64,000 bases of DNA, taken from the NCBI GenBank assembly GCA_010093605.1, contig MU004190.1:558001-622000 (forward strand), given 5' to 3'. The notes under the pieces are model-generated. The model made no database searches. It saw only the letters and a program-made list of their open reading frames with translations, and was not told the DNA's origin. This DNA is from Lophium mytilinum. Taxonomy: Eukaryota. A program made the translations under genes and the position numbers. Below, piece by piece: positions 23,859-36,750 of this stretch (the first letter of the stretch is position 1; every line of letters begins with the position of its first letter).

Positions 23859-25557
23859 GACGCTGCGCGGCGCTTTGTCGATCCGTTTGATGTCGCGCAG
23901 GTACCTCGAACGAGAGTATGTATGCAAAGGTTCCGGGAGCGGGAGAGGAGAGCGATGGGTATGAATGGTATACGGATGACGTCGTCAGAGGTAGGACGTT
24001 GGTAAAGATAGTTTGAGGGTCGGAAGGAACAGTCAAAGGTAGGGTAGAAATGAAAGAGGGTCGATCCTGTAGTCGGAGGGCCTTAGGCTGTGACTAGGCA
24101 GATGTGTAAGTAGAGGGCTAGTAGGTAGCCGTCCGCTAGGTACGATGGCGTCTGGCGGGGGTCGGCGGGAACTGCGAAGAGGGGCGAAAGGGTAGACTGG
24201 CGCGCACGAGACGAGGGGGGCGAGGGCCTTAAGTACCTGGGGTAGTAGAAGGGGTCGGCCCAAGGGAGACAGCCGGCGGAGAGGGCAAGGCAGACGTGGT
24301 GGTGTTTGGCGGCATTTTGGGGCTGGAGTCACGTCCTTTAAGTCACTTGCCCGTCTTCTAGAGGAACGGAGGGGCAAAGCTTGGGCCAGAGCGCCGAAGT
24401 TACGAGTTATTTCCGCAGCCGTGTCGACCACGGGAGAATAGCATTGTTTGTACCTGGAAACCTCTCCATATGTTTGTATATTCTCCTGGGTTCAAGTCTC
24501 TGTCTCCAGTCTCTCCCTTTTAGTTCCAGCACTTTCAGGCCTCTGCCACTCTCAAGCATCGCTTCGAGCGATTGCCTGTTGCTCGGAAACCACCGAGCTT
24601 CCCCACGACTCCAGACCCGTGTCGTGACAGCCCAGGATTGCTAATCGAAGCGCGGGATCCCGACGTGGAGGAGCTAGGCCGCTATGGAGAGCTCGGAGGT
24701 AAATAGTCTTGCTTGTAAATGCTTGCGTTCAGTAGAATAGGCCACTGTTCGCCGAACTCGGAGCTGGGTCCGTTGAAGGCGAGCTGGATGACGGTCGAGT
24801 TTTTGTTATTTGAGTCAGCATAGATATGTACCTAGGTATACAAGCACTCCTAGGTGAATAGATATGCGAATCATGTGCTTCCATATGCCACTGTGATGAG
24901 TGCTTGACCGTGATGGTGAGGCTGGAAGAGCCTCGTCGCCCTAGAGAACTCAACACCATCAAATTCTACTATCTAACCACGCGAGATACCCAAATTCGAC
25001 ACTGCAGCTACATCAAGCTACGGAAAGAGCGACGCCGTGTCTATTGGCCGTTCCTGCTGTGCCCTCTGCCCTGTGTCCCGGTGAATATACAAACCACGCC
25101 CTCCGGCACGCTTCTAAGCGGACCCGCATCTCTACCACATCCACGTCCATCTCCATCCAGCTACCTTGCAACACCACCACCTTCACACCCACACCCAGCC
25201 ACACCCTCTCTCCATCTCCCGGCCCTCCCTCACTTCACGCACGACCCCACGGCCTTGCTCGGCCCGTCCCTCTTTCATCTCATTCACCGCTGCTCGCTTG
25301 CACGGCCTATGGCGAAGTCGTAGGCTTTGGCATGGACCGGGTGCGTCGACAACCATCTACATTTCTCGAGAGCCCGACCACGTCGTCCAGGTACACCCCA
25401 CCATCTCATCACACCTACACCTCTCCAACTCTCCTTCAGCTCCGCCCGCCGCGTCCACGACCGCCTCTCACCTTGCTTCATCGGCACAGCTGCGAGGCCC
25501 ATCGTTGGGGCCACAGTCTGGGTTGCGAGCCATCAAATACCAAGCAATTAGTTTCTC

Positions 25558-28500
25558 ATGCCTCCCAGAGTCACTCGCTCTTCTGCGAGGCTCTCAGCAG
25601 GTTCCGCAAACGCCTCGCCGCCGCAGCCCCCCGCACCACCACCCCCGACAGCTCCCCCGAATCGTAAACGCAAAGCGCCTGCTAGAGAACCAAGCCCCGA
25701 GCAGCCCGCAGAGAACCTCCCCGCGCCCCCTACAACTCGAGCACGGCAGAAGAGGGCTAGAGTCGAGGCGCCAGATCCAGCACCGACGCCAGCTCCTGCC
25801 ATCTCGTCGAGACTGAGGAAGGGTAAAGGGAAATCTGCAATGTCCACGGGCGCGTATGTCAAGCCCCATCCAGAATACGTATCATCTGCTAACAGCTGCA
25901 GTCCACCGGCAGAACCTTCCGAGGAGAATTCAACACCACAAGGCCCGTCCTCATCAACTAGGAAAGGCAAGCCAAAGGGCAGGAAGGAAGCACAAGGTAC
26001 GATGTCGTGATATCACCATATTCTCGTCCTTGCTAATGAATGCTAGATCCGGCGGCTGCTACCCCATCATCCTCCAGACGTCCTTCTCGAAAGTCAGCGC
26101 CAAAGAACGACGAAGATGTCTCCATGAACGATGCTCCCGACAAACAATCACCTCAAGGAAGCAAGCCAAAAGCGGACCAAGCCCGCCCGGACATGAGCGA
26201 CGACAGCAGCGGAGAAGGGCCGCCAGGGCACCGACATTACGATGACGAAGATGACGAGGATGATCCGTTCGGAGGAGCTTATCTACGTGGCGGGCCTGGA
26301 GGGCTTTCCAGCACACTACGAGCCCTCAGCGGCATGATGTCAGGAGTCTCAGGACGACTACGAGGGATCCTGGAGCAGCTACGGTCGAAGGATCCATCCG
26401 TCCAGCTGATTGCATTGACCGAGTTCTCAGATCTGCTCCTTGTGTCGACCGAAGACAATCTTGCCGGCCATTTCGCGCCGGATCAATATGTCAAGGAGTT
26501 GGTTACACTCATGCAACCAAATGATTTTGGCGAAGAGAACCCCGAGATTATGCTCCTCGCCTGCCGATGCATTGCCAACCTAATGGAAGCACTTCCTGCT
26601 GCGACTGCCAACGTGGTGTATGGCAACGCAGTCCCCGTTCTGTGCCAGAAGCTGCTCGAAATCCATTATATCGATCTGGCCGAGCAAGCTCTTAGCACAC
26701 TCGAGAAAATCTCCGTCGAATTTCCGGCTTCTATTGTACGGGAAGGAGGGCTCACCGCATGCCTGACTTATCTAGACTTTTTCGCAACGAGCACGCAGCG
26801 AACCGCCGTTACCACCGCGGCGAATTGCTGCCGGAATATTCCTGAAGAATCTTTCCCCACCATCCGGGATGTAATGCCTATCCTCCAGGGTGTCTTAAAC
26901 AGCAACGATCAGAAGGTGGTAGAGCAAGGCTCTCTTTGCGTCTCCAGGATTGTGGAGAGCTTCAAGAATCGCCCGGAGAAACTCGAGGAGCTGGTCAGTC
27001 CTGATCTACTCAAGAACGTCCTCCGCCTACTGCTACCCGGAACCACGAACCTCATCGGAGCTAACATCCATACCCTGTTTCTCCGAGTGCTTTCCATCAC
27101 AGCACGAGCCAGCCCTCGTCTCTCCGTTGAGCTCTTCAAAATGAACGTAGTGGATACCTTGTATCAAATCCTAACCGGTGTATCTCCCCCGAACGGTCTA
27201 GATGACATCGCCACCAAGATCGATAGCGTTGTCGTTATGCAAGCCCTGATTCATCGCCCCCGGGACCAAATCTTCGAAACTCTCAACGTCATTTGCGAGC
27301 TACTTCCGAGCGTTTCGCAAGAAGGTCTGATCTTCCTGGACAGTCTACCCGATGCTGGTTTCCCAGGCGATGATCTCATGTCGATCTCGTCAGGGCCCAA
27401 GAAATCAGCAAATGAAAAGAGAATCGAGCTATTGGAGGGCTGCAAGGACCAAGTCAAACGATTTGCCGTCATCCTCCTTCCAACTCTCACGGATGCATAT
27501 TCGAGCACTGTAAATCTTAATGTACGACAAAAGGTGTTGACCGCGCAACTCAAGATGCTCTCCAACTTGGATGTTGACATACTCGAAGACGCCCTCCGAA
27601 CAGTTCCATATGCCTCTTATCTGGCGTCGATACTGTCACAGCAGGACCACTTTACGCTAGTCAAGTACGCCCTCCAAGCGGCAGAGCTCCTCCTGAAGCG
27701 CCTAGGCTCCATCTACCGTTACCAATTCTACCGAGAGGGCGTCATTGCGGAAATCACGAGAATCGCAAATCGACCTTGCAAGACGATAGACGAAAAGCCG
27801 AAGACGGTGAAGGCGGCGATCGAGATCGAGCCTGTAGGATCATCAAGCGCGGGAACCAGCTCTGCGGGTGACATTGACATCGATCACGATCTCGACGACG
27901 CCGTAGAAGCAGAGATGCGCTCAGAGGAGGACGACGACGACCAGGACGAGCAGGAAGACAATGGTGATAATCGAGACGATGACGACGATTCGGATTCATC
28001 TTCATCTTCGGCTAATCACTATGTAGTCACTCTTCCAGAGCCCAGCATCGAAGATGAGATCACACAGCGCGCAAAGAAGTTCTTGTTCATTCATGAGAAG
28101 GAGAGCTCGAAGCCTATTCGAGACAAAGCAGCCGGAATCCAAGAAGACCTCAAGGAGTTGGCACAGGATATCAAGTCCTGCTACTTGGATGGAAAAGGCG
28201 GACAAGGCATTGAGCTCTTCATGCGTCTAGCCGCTTACTTCGACGGCGATGCGTTGGAGAGCATCACTAGCTACGAACTGCTGAGCTCAAATATTGTTGA
28301 GGTCCTCCTCCAGGTATTCTCCGGGCCAGACAGTATTGCTAGTGCGAATGCACGGTCTGCGTTCTTGGAAGCATTTATGGGTTCCGACACCCAGAGCAAG
28401 ATCAGGATATCAAACAGCAGCTCTCCAGGAACGGCTTTCAGCATCCTGACAAACAAGCTCCAGGACCTCCTCAGCCGAGCCGAGCATTTTGAGGTTATAA

Positions 28501-31317
28501 CAGTTCATCAGCATTCGTATGACAGCAATCGAAGCAGCGCGGCGTCAATGCTGGCAAAACAGCTTCGCTTGAAACTCGTCGCCGACGAAGATTCGGGCAT
28601 TCCAAAGGCATATCGCAATATCATGGTATCCATCCATGCCATTGCGACCTTCAAGGCTCTTGATGATTACCTGCGACCAAGAATAAGCGTGGCCGAACGA
28701 CCACCTAGGCATGGCCGGAATCGCGATGGACTTACTGGACCTATGGCTGCTGCATACGCTGCTGCAATGGCTGGTGCTGATGGTCGAGCCTCTGCCGGAA
28801 CTCCTCCAGCTCCACCTTCTGGAGACGTGATAAACCGGAGCTCAGCTAGAAAGACCTCGAAGTCGAAAGCTGCGGCCGCCGCTTCCACTCCCCAAGGAGG
28901 CCCTAGCACTCAACCCGAGAAAGCATCAGGCACTCGCAAATCAAGCAGGCGACAAGCGCAAGCTCAGGCCCCTCCGCCCCCGCCTCCCCCGCCTGCTCTG
29001 CCGCACTCTGAAACCAACCAAGATCCAATCGAGTGTGCTGACGAGGAACGACTTTCTGACCAAGATGAGATGGACGAACGTAGCGCACTGGACGCAATTG
29101 TGGACGATCTGGAAGATGAGTTGGAGGAGGACGCTGCTGATCCCTCTGCCGTTAGCGTTGAAGTTGCATCTACAGGAAAGGTCACGGCCCGCAAGGAGGA
29201 TGGCACTAGAGTTGCAACACCATTGCACGGACAAACTCCGGTGCGACAATCGCATGCGGAGCAACGCGCTCAGCGGCTATCGGCTCTGCTACGAGGCTCA
29301 CCCATGCAACAAGCCTTCGGAAATGCAGCTGCCGCAGGAGGTCTCTCCTATGCGGCTGCTGTTCAGTCCATCCCACAAGACTGGCACATCGAGTTCAGCG
29401 TCGGTACTCAGCCAATTGCCAACGAGACTACCATTTACAGGGCGGTGCACTTCAACCAAACACAACCTGCCGAGGTCTCTGTGCGGACTGTGTGGAATGC
29501 TATTCACACCATTAAATTCAAGCGCGTAGCTGGTCCCCCACCTGCCGACAGCGGCTCGTTGACCCCGCCCCCAGAATCGGCTTCCACTACTTCGTCGGGG
29601 CTACCCCAGTCACTGGACAAGAATCCGACTACATCAGGAATCCTCCGTCTTCTAAGCCTTCTTCATGGCTTGAACTCCAATCTCGATGACGTGCTATCCG
29701 AGAACAAAGATCAGATCAAATTCAACGTCGAGCCACTATCCCAGTTTGTCAATACGAAGCTGACTGCAAAATTGAACCGTCAGCTGGAGGAGCCGCTTAT
29801 CGTTGCTAGCAACTGTCTCCCAGGCTGGAGTGAGGATTTGGCACGACTATATCCTTTCCTTTTCCCCTTTGAGACTAGACATCTCTTCCTCCAGTCTACT
29901 TCGTTTGGATACTCCCGATCAATGACGAGATGGCAAAATGCTCAATCTTCCACTGATGATCGTCGGGATCGTCACCGCGACGAGCGGCCATTCCTGGGTA
30001 GGCTGCAGCGTCAGAAAGTCCGAATCTCGCGGACGAGGATTCTGGAATCTGCGATCAAAGTCATGGAGCTGTACGGATCCTCGCCGAGCGTCTTGGAAGT
30101 GGAGTACTTTGAAGAAGTGGGTACCGGTCTAGGACCTACTCTAGAATTTTACTCGACAGTGTCAAAAGAGTTTTCCAAGAAGAAACTAAAGCTTTGGCGA
30201 GAGAACGAGTCCGCCGACAGCGAAGACTATTCTTTCGGAAAGCGCGGCCTTTTCCCTGCTCCAATGAGCGACGAACAAGCCAACTCAGAGAACGGAAAGC
30301 GAGTTCTTCATCTATTCAAGATGCTTGGTAAATTTGTTGCCCGGGCAATGCTAGATTCGAGAATCATCGATGTCTCGTTCAACCCCACGTTCTTCCGCAT
30401 TGGAGACGGTGCTGCCGCCGTAATTCCCTCCCTTGGCTCAGTCAAATCAGTTGACAGCGACCTGGCCAAGTCTTTGAAGCTGTTGAAACAGTTCGCCAAC
30501 AGGAAGAAGGATATTGATGAGAACGGTAGCCTTAGTCCTGCACAGAAGGTTCAAGCAATCCAGGATATCGCCATAGACGGTGCCCATGTTGAAGACATAG
30601 GGCTCGACTTCACGCTTCCCGGCTACCCTACGATCGAACTGATTGAAAACGGGGCCAACACCTCGGTCACTATCGACAACGTTGCTCAATTTGTGGATAG
30701 AGTACTCGACTTCACTCTCGGCTCCGGCGTGCAGAAGCAGGTCGATGCCTTCCGTGCCGGGTTTTCGCAGGTCTTCCCATACTCAGCACTCAAGGCCTTC
30801 ACTCCTGATGAGCTTGTCATGCTGTTTGGGAGAGTCGAGGAAGATTGGTCTCTTGAGAGTAAGTTCTCTGCCAGTAATTCTATTGTAGCACAGCTTACTA
30901 ACATCAACCTAGCATTGATGGACTCAATTAAGGCCGATCATGGTTACAACCTAGATAGCAAGAGCGTTCGAAATCTGCTTCAGGTAATGAGCGAACTTTC
31001 GTCGGAGCAGCGACGAGACTTCCTGCAGTTCATCACTGGTAGTCCGAAGCTTCCAATCGGAGGTACGTAATATTGTCAATGTCCTTGACACCGGAACTAG
31101 TTTGCTAACTCTAGATACAGGTTTCAAGAGCCTTACGCCTATGTTCACGGTGGTATGCAAGCCGAGCGAACCACCCTACTGCTCGGACGACTACCTGCCC
31201 AGTGTCATGACCTGCGTCAACTATCTCAAGATGCCCGACTACACCAGCGTGGACATCCTCCGCGAGAAACTGAGCGTAGCAACCCAGGAAGGCCAGGGCG
31301 CTTTCCATCTTTCCTAG
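25558..31317 (+). CDS. UFD4: HECT E3 ubiquitin ligase, UFD4/TRIP12 family
   Basis: ARM-repeat N-terminus (PEIMLLACRC, YIDLAEQALSTLEKIS) and HECT domain (LEVEYFEEVGTGLGPTLEFY ... YLPSVMTCVNYLKMPDY ... GQGAFHLS*). Introns ~25854-25901, ~25997-26046, 30859-30912, ~31063-31120. Confidence 0.96.
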
Positions 31318-32192
31318 TCAACGACCTGACGACATCAACGACTACCTACTGTTACAAGGGCAATATCACGGGGAGGCGCAAAACTACGGTTGCATGGCGG
31401 CAACCTTGGGGGTAGCTGAGCTCGTACGCTCGGCTACTTCCGGGATTTTCCCCCCTCTCCCTTCTTCTCTCCTGGGGCATAAACTTTCACTTATTTTTTT
31501 TGGGCAACGAGTGGGGCGTTTCAGCACGATTGGCCGGGAGGGTCATTACGTCGATCATTGAGAAAGTTGGTGCATATTTTGGTGCGTGGCGGGTGGAATG
31601 GGTACTCAGTGGGGCAAATCATTGAGTTCTTTTACGAGGTTTGATCTGCTTTCTAATGGGGAATCAGTGGAAGGGCGGTGGGGTAGATAGATTACTTTCA
31701 CATCATGAACTTAGAAATGGTTTGAACTCTACTTGCGATGGGGTTTTCTGATTGCGTGAAGGCATTGGACAGGGGTGGGATGGTATCGCTGCACTTACTT
31801 AGTTGACGGTATGCGCCCACTATGTTCATACTTCTCTAACGATGTGGTCCAGAGCTAAAGAAGAGAGACTGAGAGAAGCGTCACATTGTGCTGGGACTCA
31901 ACGAACTAGAAGGCAGCTTGAAGTGCTGACCACACTCATCTTTGTTTAGACGTATGCTAACAATGCTATTGTCCGGACAAGAGAATCAGAAATTGTGGAG
32001 CTAACATGTGCATAGTAAGGATCTGAAGGCTTATAATTGCCTCCTGCGACTCGGGAGTACGAAGGCAGACACCTTTTTCGAAACTTTCAATAAATTGAAA
32101 GTTGCACCTACCAAGTTTTCTCTGAGAACACTTCGTCCAAGAAAACGACAAGTCTGACCGCAAACTCGCCTACAGGTCTGAAGGGACCTAGC

Positions 32193-33797
32193 ATGGCCGA
32201 TAACAACCACGTTTCTCCCTTCGGAGATCCGTCGTGGACCATTCCGGGCACTGAATCGCCGACTATCTCCAACGAGGCTGCGATTCAGTCTGCCGAATTA
32301 GTCTTGAGCTCAGCTCAGGAGCCTGCCACAACTGAGACCTCGGAACAACTCGCTTCCGCCAGCTTGAAGCCGCCAGCAAGGAACGAATATCTCGGGCTCC
32401 CTTATGAGTTGATTCTTCAATTGGGCCGGGATCAGGGGATTCGGGAGAAAACATCCTGGGAACGACTATCACTTCTCACGTCAGAGTCCCGGAAAGCCAT
32501 ACTGGAGGAAAGGATGGCAAGCTATGGATTCAAGGAGACCTTTTCCGACCCCTTCATCACTGTCTTGGAAGAAACGCTGTTCTACTCCACTCCACAGAGC
32601 TTGAAAAAGCTTGAAGAGATATCGCTAATCGAGGAGTATAGTTCCAAGATAACCACTCTTTCGTTTTGTGGGCTCCAATTCGCATCGGAGGGCGACGTCC
32701 CGGAATGCGAGATTGATCGTAATCCAGAAGAATGTGCCGAGCAGGAAAAGGAGTGGGCTGAGTGCAGGCAACGAGGTAGTGCACAAGAGGAGTTCCGTAG
32801 TTCTGGAGAGTACGTTAAAGCCCTCTCGCAGATCTTTACGCGCTTTCCTAAACTCAGGCATATACAATACTGGCCGGTTCATCCAGAGAGGAGCGGAGGA
32901 TACTGGGTTGATGACTATAATCCCTATGATGAATCTTCCGGGCCTAATCGCCGCTTTAGGTGGGAACGAACCGACGCCCATCTCTACAAAAACACTGTAG
33001 ACTTCGGGTTCTGGGAACAAGCATACAAGGAAGGAGACGATCTGCAAGAACTCTTCGCAGCCCTCTTCAATGCGAAGGTCTGCCTGAAGACCTTCACGAC
33101 TCCACATCTTGCGAACACCGCCCGGTGGGTAGGGATCGGCGACATGAATCTTAGAAGCATCGACCGAGACCACTGCGCAGCAGTCTTCAGCGAGCTTGAA
33201 GAGCTCCGCATAAACGTGCACAATGAAGATCCCGATACCCTGTTCCACCCCGACGTCGCTGGCATCCGGCAAGTCCTCCGGGCGGCTCCCAACCTCCGTT
33301 TCCTCGATCTGACCTTCACGGGTAGAACGCAAGAACACAAAATCAACTTCACCGGCCTCGGCGTGCTCCCCATGCCTAAGCTAGAGGAGCTTCGGCTCAG
33401 CTTCGACCACGCAACGGCCTTAGTCGAAGTTGACTTCCTGCGCATCTTCGCGCCAGATACAAGCACGCTTCTCGGCCTCCGTCGGCTGTGCTTGGGCTAC
33501 ATGACCGTCGACCAGGGCACCTGGGAGAATGTTCTGACGGCACTCGGCACGCGGCTGAACTTGGAGAGCTTGTGGCTCATTAGTCCGCGCTTTGATGAGG
33601 TGGTTCTAATTCCGCCGCATTTTTGGCGCTATTACAAGTCGTCCTTCAAACACTTCGATGCTATTGCCTCGCCGGCTTTCAACGCGGCGGCGCGGAAGGT
33701 GAGGGTGCTTAATGATTGGGAGCCGTTTGAGACGGTGAATTTGGTTGCGAGGGGGGTGCCGCGTAGGTTTCGCAGCTTTGCTGTGTTTGAAGACTAA
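32193..33797 (+). CDS. Hypothetical protein, degenerate F-box plus RNI-like leucine-rich repeats
   Basis: 534-aa ORF; LGLPYELILQL (F-box-like) and repeated LxxLxL units (FPKLRHI, LEELRI, APNLRFLDL, MPKLEELRL, LRRLCL, LESLWL). Confidence 0.6.
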   Translation: MADNNHVSPFGDPSWTIPGTESPTISNEAAIQSAELVLSSAQEPATTETSEQLASASLKPPARNEYLGLPYELILQLGRDQGIREKTSWERLSLLTSESRKAILEERMASYGFKETFSDPFITVLEETLFYSTPQSLKKLEEISLIEEYSSKITTLSFCGLQFASEGDVPECEIDRNPEECAEQEKEWAECRQRGSAQEEFRSSGEYVKALSQIFTRFPKLRHIQYWPVHPERSGGYWVDDYNPYDESSGPNRRFRWERTDAHLYKNTVDFGFWEQAYKEGDDLQELFAALFNAKVCLKTFTTPHLANTARWVGIGDMNLRSIDRDHCAAVFSELEELRINVHNEDPDTLFHPDVAGIRQVLRAAPNLRFLDLTFTGRTQEHKINFTGLGVLPMPKLEELRLSFDHATALVEVDFLRIFAPDTSTLLGLRRLCLGYMTVDQGTWENVLTALGTRLNLESLWLISPRFDEVVLIPPHFWRYYKSSFKHFDAIASPAFNAAARKVRVLNDWEPFETVNLVARGVPRRFRSFAVFED

Positions 33798-34612
33798 GCT
33801 GTCTCTATTTCTTGAACAATAGCACGTTCTGTCCAACGCGTGTTCTTCCCTCTAGGCCTTTCAACTGGACCAAAAGCGCGATGTTCTCCCCATTTCACTT
33901 AGCATTCCTCTGACGTAGTCTTTGGGTGGCGTTTGTGGAGCTCTTTCAACTTACCAGATCTCAGTCCTTTTCATTTTGATACTAAGAAAACCTTTCTTCT
34001 CACATCTTACTCCCAATTCCCAAAATTCTGTGAAATGTTCCCCACGTTCTCAAATCATCGACCCATCGTCAACGCTCTCTAGCGGTCAAGCATCGTCAAA
34101 ATCTAACCCCTTTTCGCTAATACATGCCCATCAATTCAAAGCCCTATATCCATCCCCTATTTCCAAAGATTCCACACCACAGTAACATATGCTTAGATAA
34201 TAGAGGTTTAATACGTCGCCAACAATAGATGTCAAAAGTGGATTACCATATATCTCTTGTCTCTAGTCTGATCGCTTCCGGCGCGGATCCGGAGTATAGA
34301 CACGAGGTTCTGCATGCAATTTAGAGAGATGAAGAACGGATGTTAGACACTAAGCTCGAAGGAGATCAGGCATGCCGAGTCTCAATGCGCTATGAATCTC
34401 CCGTATTACTGGTAGAAGATCCCACGACTCGGCAAAGAAAGACATCACATTTTTCAAAGTCTTCGATAAAGCTCGAAAGGTTTCTCTAAAGTGCTGCGTA
34501 TCCCATCATGAGCGAAGACGTTCATGCGCAACATGACGTGGAAAACAAAGCAAAACCAGTGATAGTCCTGATAATGTACGGCTCAATAAGAGCAGTACCT
34601 GGTACTACTGAC

Positions 34613-36291
34613 TTATGAATCCAGGTCGCTCTCGCCCCAACATTCATACAGGTCTTTTAGAATGTAATCCACGTTCCACCCCGTTTGACGCGCCATATTT
34701 GCGAGCAGATCACGCAGCCCAGTACGATGCCTTCGTTCTAAAGAAAGAGATTAGAACAACAATGTATTCTCGCACGTCATATCCCAATAGCACCGGAAAC
34801 ACTCCCAAACCAGAACCAAAAGAGCTAAAAACTCACCTCTCAAAAGCCTCCCACAAAACGCCAACGGCCCAAACGCATTCACGCGCGCCGGCACATCCTC
34901 ATTCGACCTCGCCAGTCCACAAACCTGCAGCGCATACTTCCTCACCCTCTCCTCCCCTCCCCCCCTCTCCAACCCCCGCCCCGGCTCCGCCAAAACCAAC
35001 AAAACCTCCGCCACAGCCGCATACATCCTCGCAGCCACCTGCCACGGCCGCAGCATCCAAAGCACCGGAAACACACCCCCCTCCCCGCCCGCCCCCTCAA
35101 TCGGCTCAAACCCCGCCGGCAAGCCCCTTTTCCACTGCTCGAGCTCGTTTTTCAACCGCTCCCAGCTCGCTGCACGCTCCTCTACCCCATCCGCGCCAGA
35201 GTCCGTGAAATGCAGATTCACGAGCTCGGCCAGCACCCACGTCACCCCGTTCCCCCAATCCTGCTCCATCCCCGTCATGTCCCGCGGCATCCCCCGCCCA
35301 GCGAACATCCGCATATGCAGCGGCCGCCGGCACTCTAAGGCTACGGTGATGTCTTCGCGGAGGTAGTTCCAGAACCCCGCTTGCGCGAGGCCCCAGCCGC
35401 TGAGGTCGATATCCGCGTGCACGGCCAGCGAGAACGCGCCGAAGAGGTGCTGCTGCCGCGTCCTCGTGTCGCCGTTCAGGATCTCGTACGAGCGAAGGAG
35501 GCAGGTGGCGGCGAGGTAGTTGGGCTGGGAGGCGGGGGTGATGGTGGAGAGGGCGGTGATGAGGGAGGAGAGGAAGGAGTCGTGGAGTAGCGCGGCTACG
35601 GGGGTGGGGTTAGGAGAGGAGGGGGGTAAGGTGCGGCTGAGGTGGCTGGCGGCGAAGGCGAGAATGGCGCGGAAGAGGATAGGGGAGGTGAAGGAGGCTG
35701 TGGGGATGGTGTTGGCGAAGTGGTGGTGCGGGTCGAGGAGGTCGTACCAGGGGGCGAGGTGGGTGAGGTAGTGGGTGAAGAGGGAGAGGACGGCGGGGTG
35801 TTGGAGGCTGGAGCGGGGGGAGAGGGTGGCGATTTGGTGGGCCCATGATGTGTCACCTTGGAAGGGGTGGGAGGGAGCTGGGGTTTGAAGTGCGGGTGGG
35901 GAGAGCCATTGGAGAGGTGGAGGGCGGATATGGCGGCATTGACGGTGCTTTTTACTGCAGTTTAGACAGGTGGGAAGACTTTCGTCGCCTAGATACAGTG
36001 TAAGCTGTCAACTTGTAGTCGTTTACTGCTTTCGAAGAACAGGAGAGTGATGGAAAAATTTGATATCCAGATCCAGGCATAAGCGCAAGCTAAAACAAAT
36101 AGCATCGCTTGAGGTTCACTAGAAGACCGTGGAGGTTTCCGAGAGTTGAAAAGACGCCGAATTTCACTAATTCCAAAGAGGATAGTGAGAAATCACAGGG
36201 AGTGGTAGAAAAGTATACATCTCGCCCGAAGCATCAAAACAGATCTTTTCCAAAATGCTCACATTTAATCTTCCGTTCTCTACATGTGATG
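34613..36291 (-). CDS. Zn(II)2Cys6 transcription factor (ArcA-like); first exon(s) not resolved
   Basis: Spliced cluster CITCRERKIKC|DESLPTCLNCSKKHRQC. Body LAPWYDLLDPHHHF...LAATCLLRSYEIL...AGFWNYLREDITVAL...NAFGPLAFCG...TGWNV. Confidence 0.85.
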
Positions 36292-36538
36292 CTACAGGCT
36301 CTGTCAATTGAGGTATTGTGCCGCGTCCAAGATCTTACTGACCAGGCTAGGCGATAATATCAGTTAGCTTAGATAGATCTAATACTCTACGGGCTGAATA
36401 TGCCAAGACGCTACCTACAATCAATATTAAGTATCTTGGGCATATGAGAAGTTCCAAACTGGCTCTTAGTTGATGCAAGAAAATGGAGTGTCTTGATGAT
36501 GCTTCATCGAGGGGCTGATGCCGAGCTTTTGAGGATTC

Positions 36539-36649
36539 CTCGGGAAAGGCGTCCGATCTCGGGAAACGATGGGTTTCCCGAGATGCGGGGGGAGCTAGTC
36601 GACTTCGTTCAAGAGATACTTGATGGGTCAACTAATTCAATCTCCCGAG
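36539..36649. promoter_or_regulatory. Cluster of CTCGGGA(A/G)A motifs including a 12-bp perfect inverted repeat, in the divergent TF/dioxygenase promoter
   Basis: atctcgggaaac-gatgg-gtttcccgagat at 36556-36584; extra copies at 36539-36547 and (reverse) 36641-36649. Confidence 0.5.
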
Positions 36650-36750
36650 TAGCTTGGGATGAAAGTAGAGTAGCAAGTAGAAATGTATAACTATGAGCAG
36701 TACGCACGCTCACTTTTCCTCTCTCGCAAAGGGACCCGCTCATCTTCAAC

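Noticed and set aside
34615..35856. Long Pro-rich or Gly-rich ORFs overlapping real genes (also 603-1223, 40565-41230, 61670-62975)
   Set aside because: Antisense or off-frame shadows caused by codon bias of the true genes.
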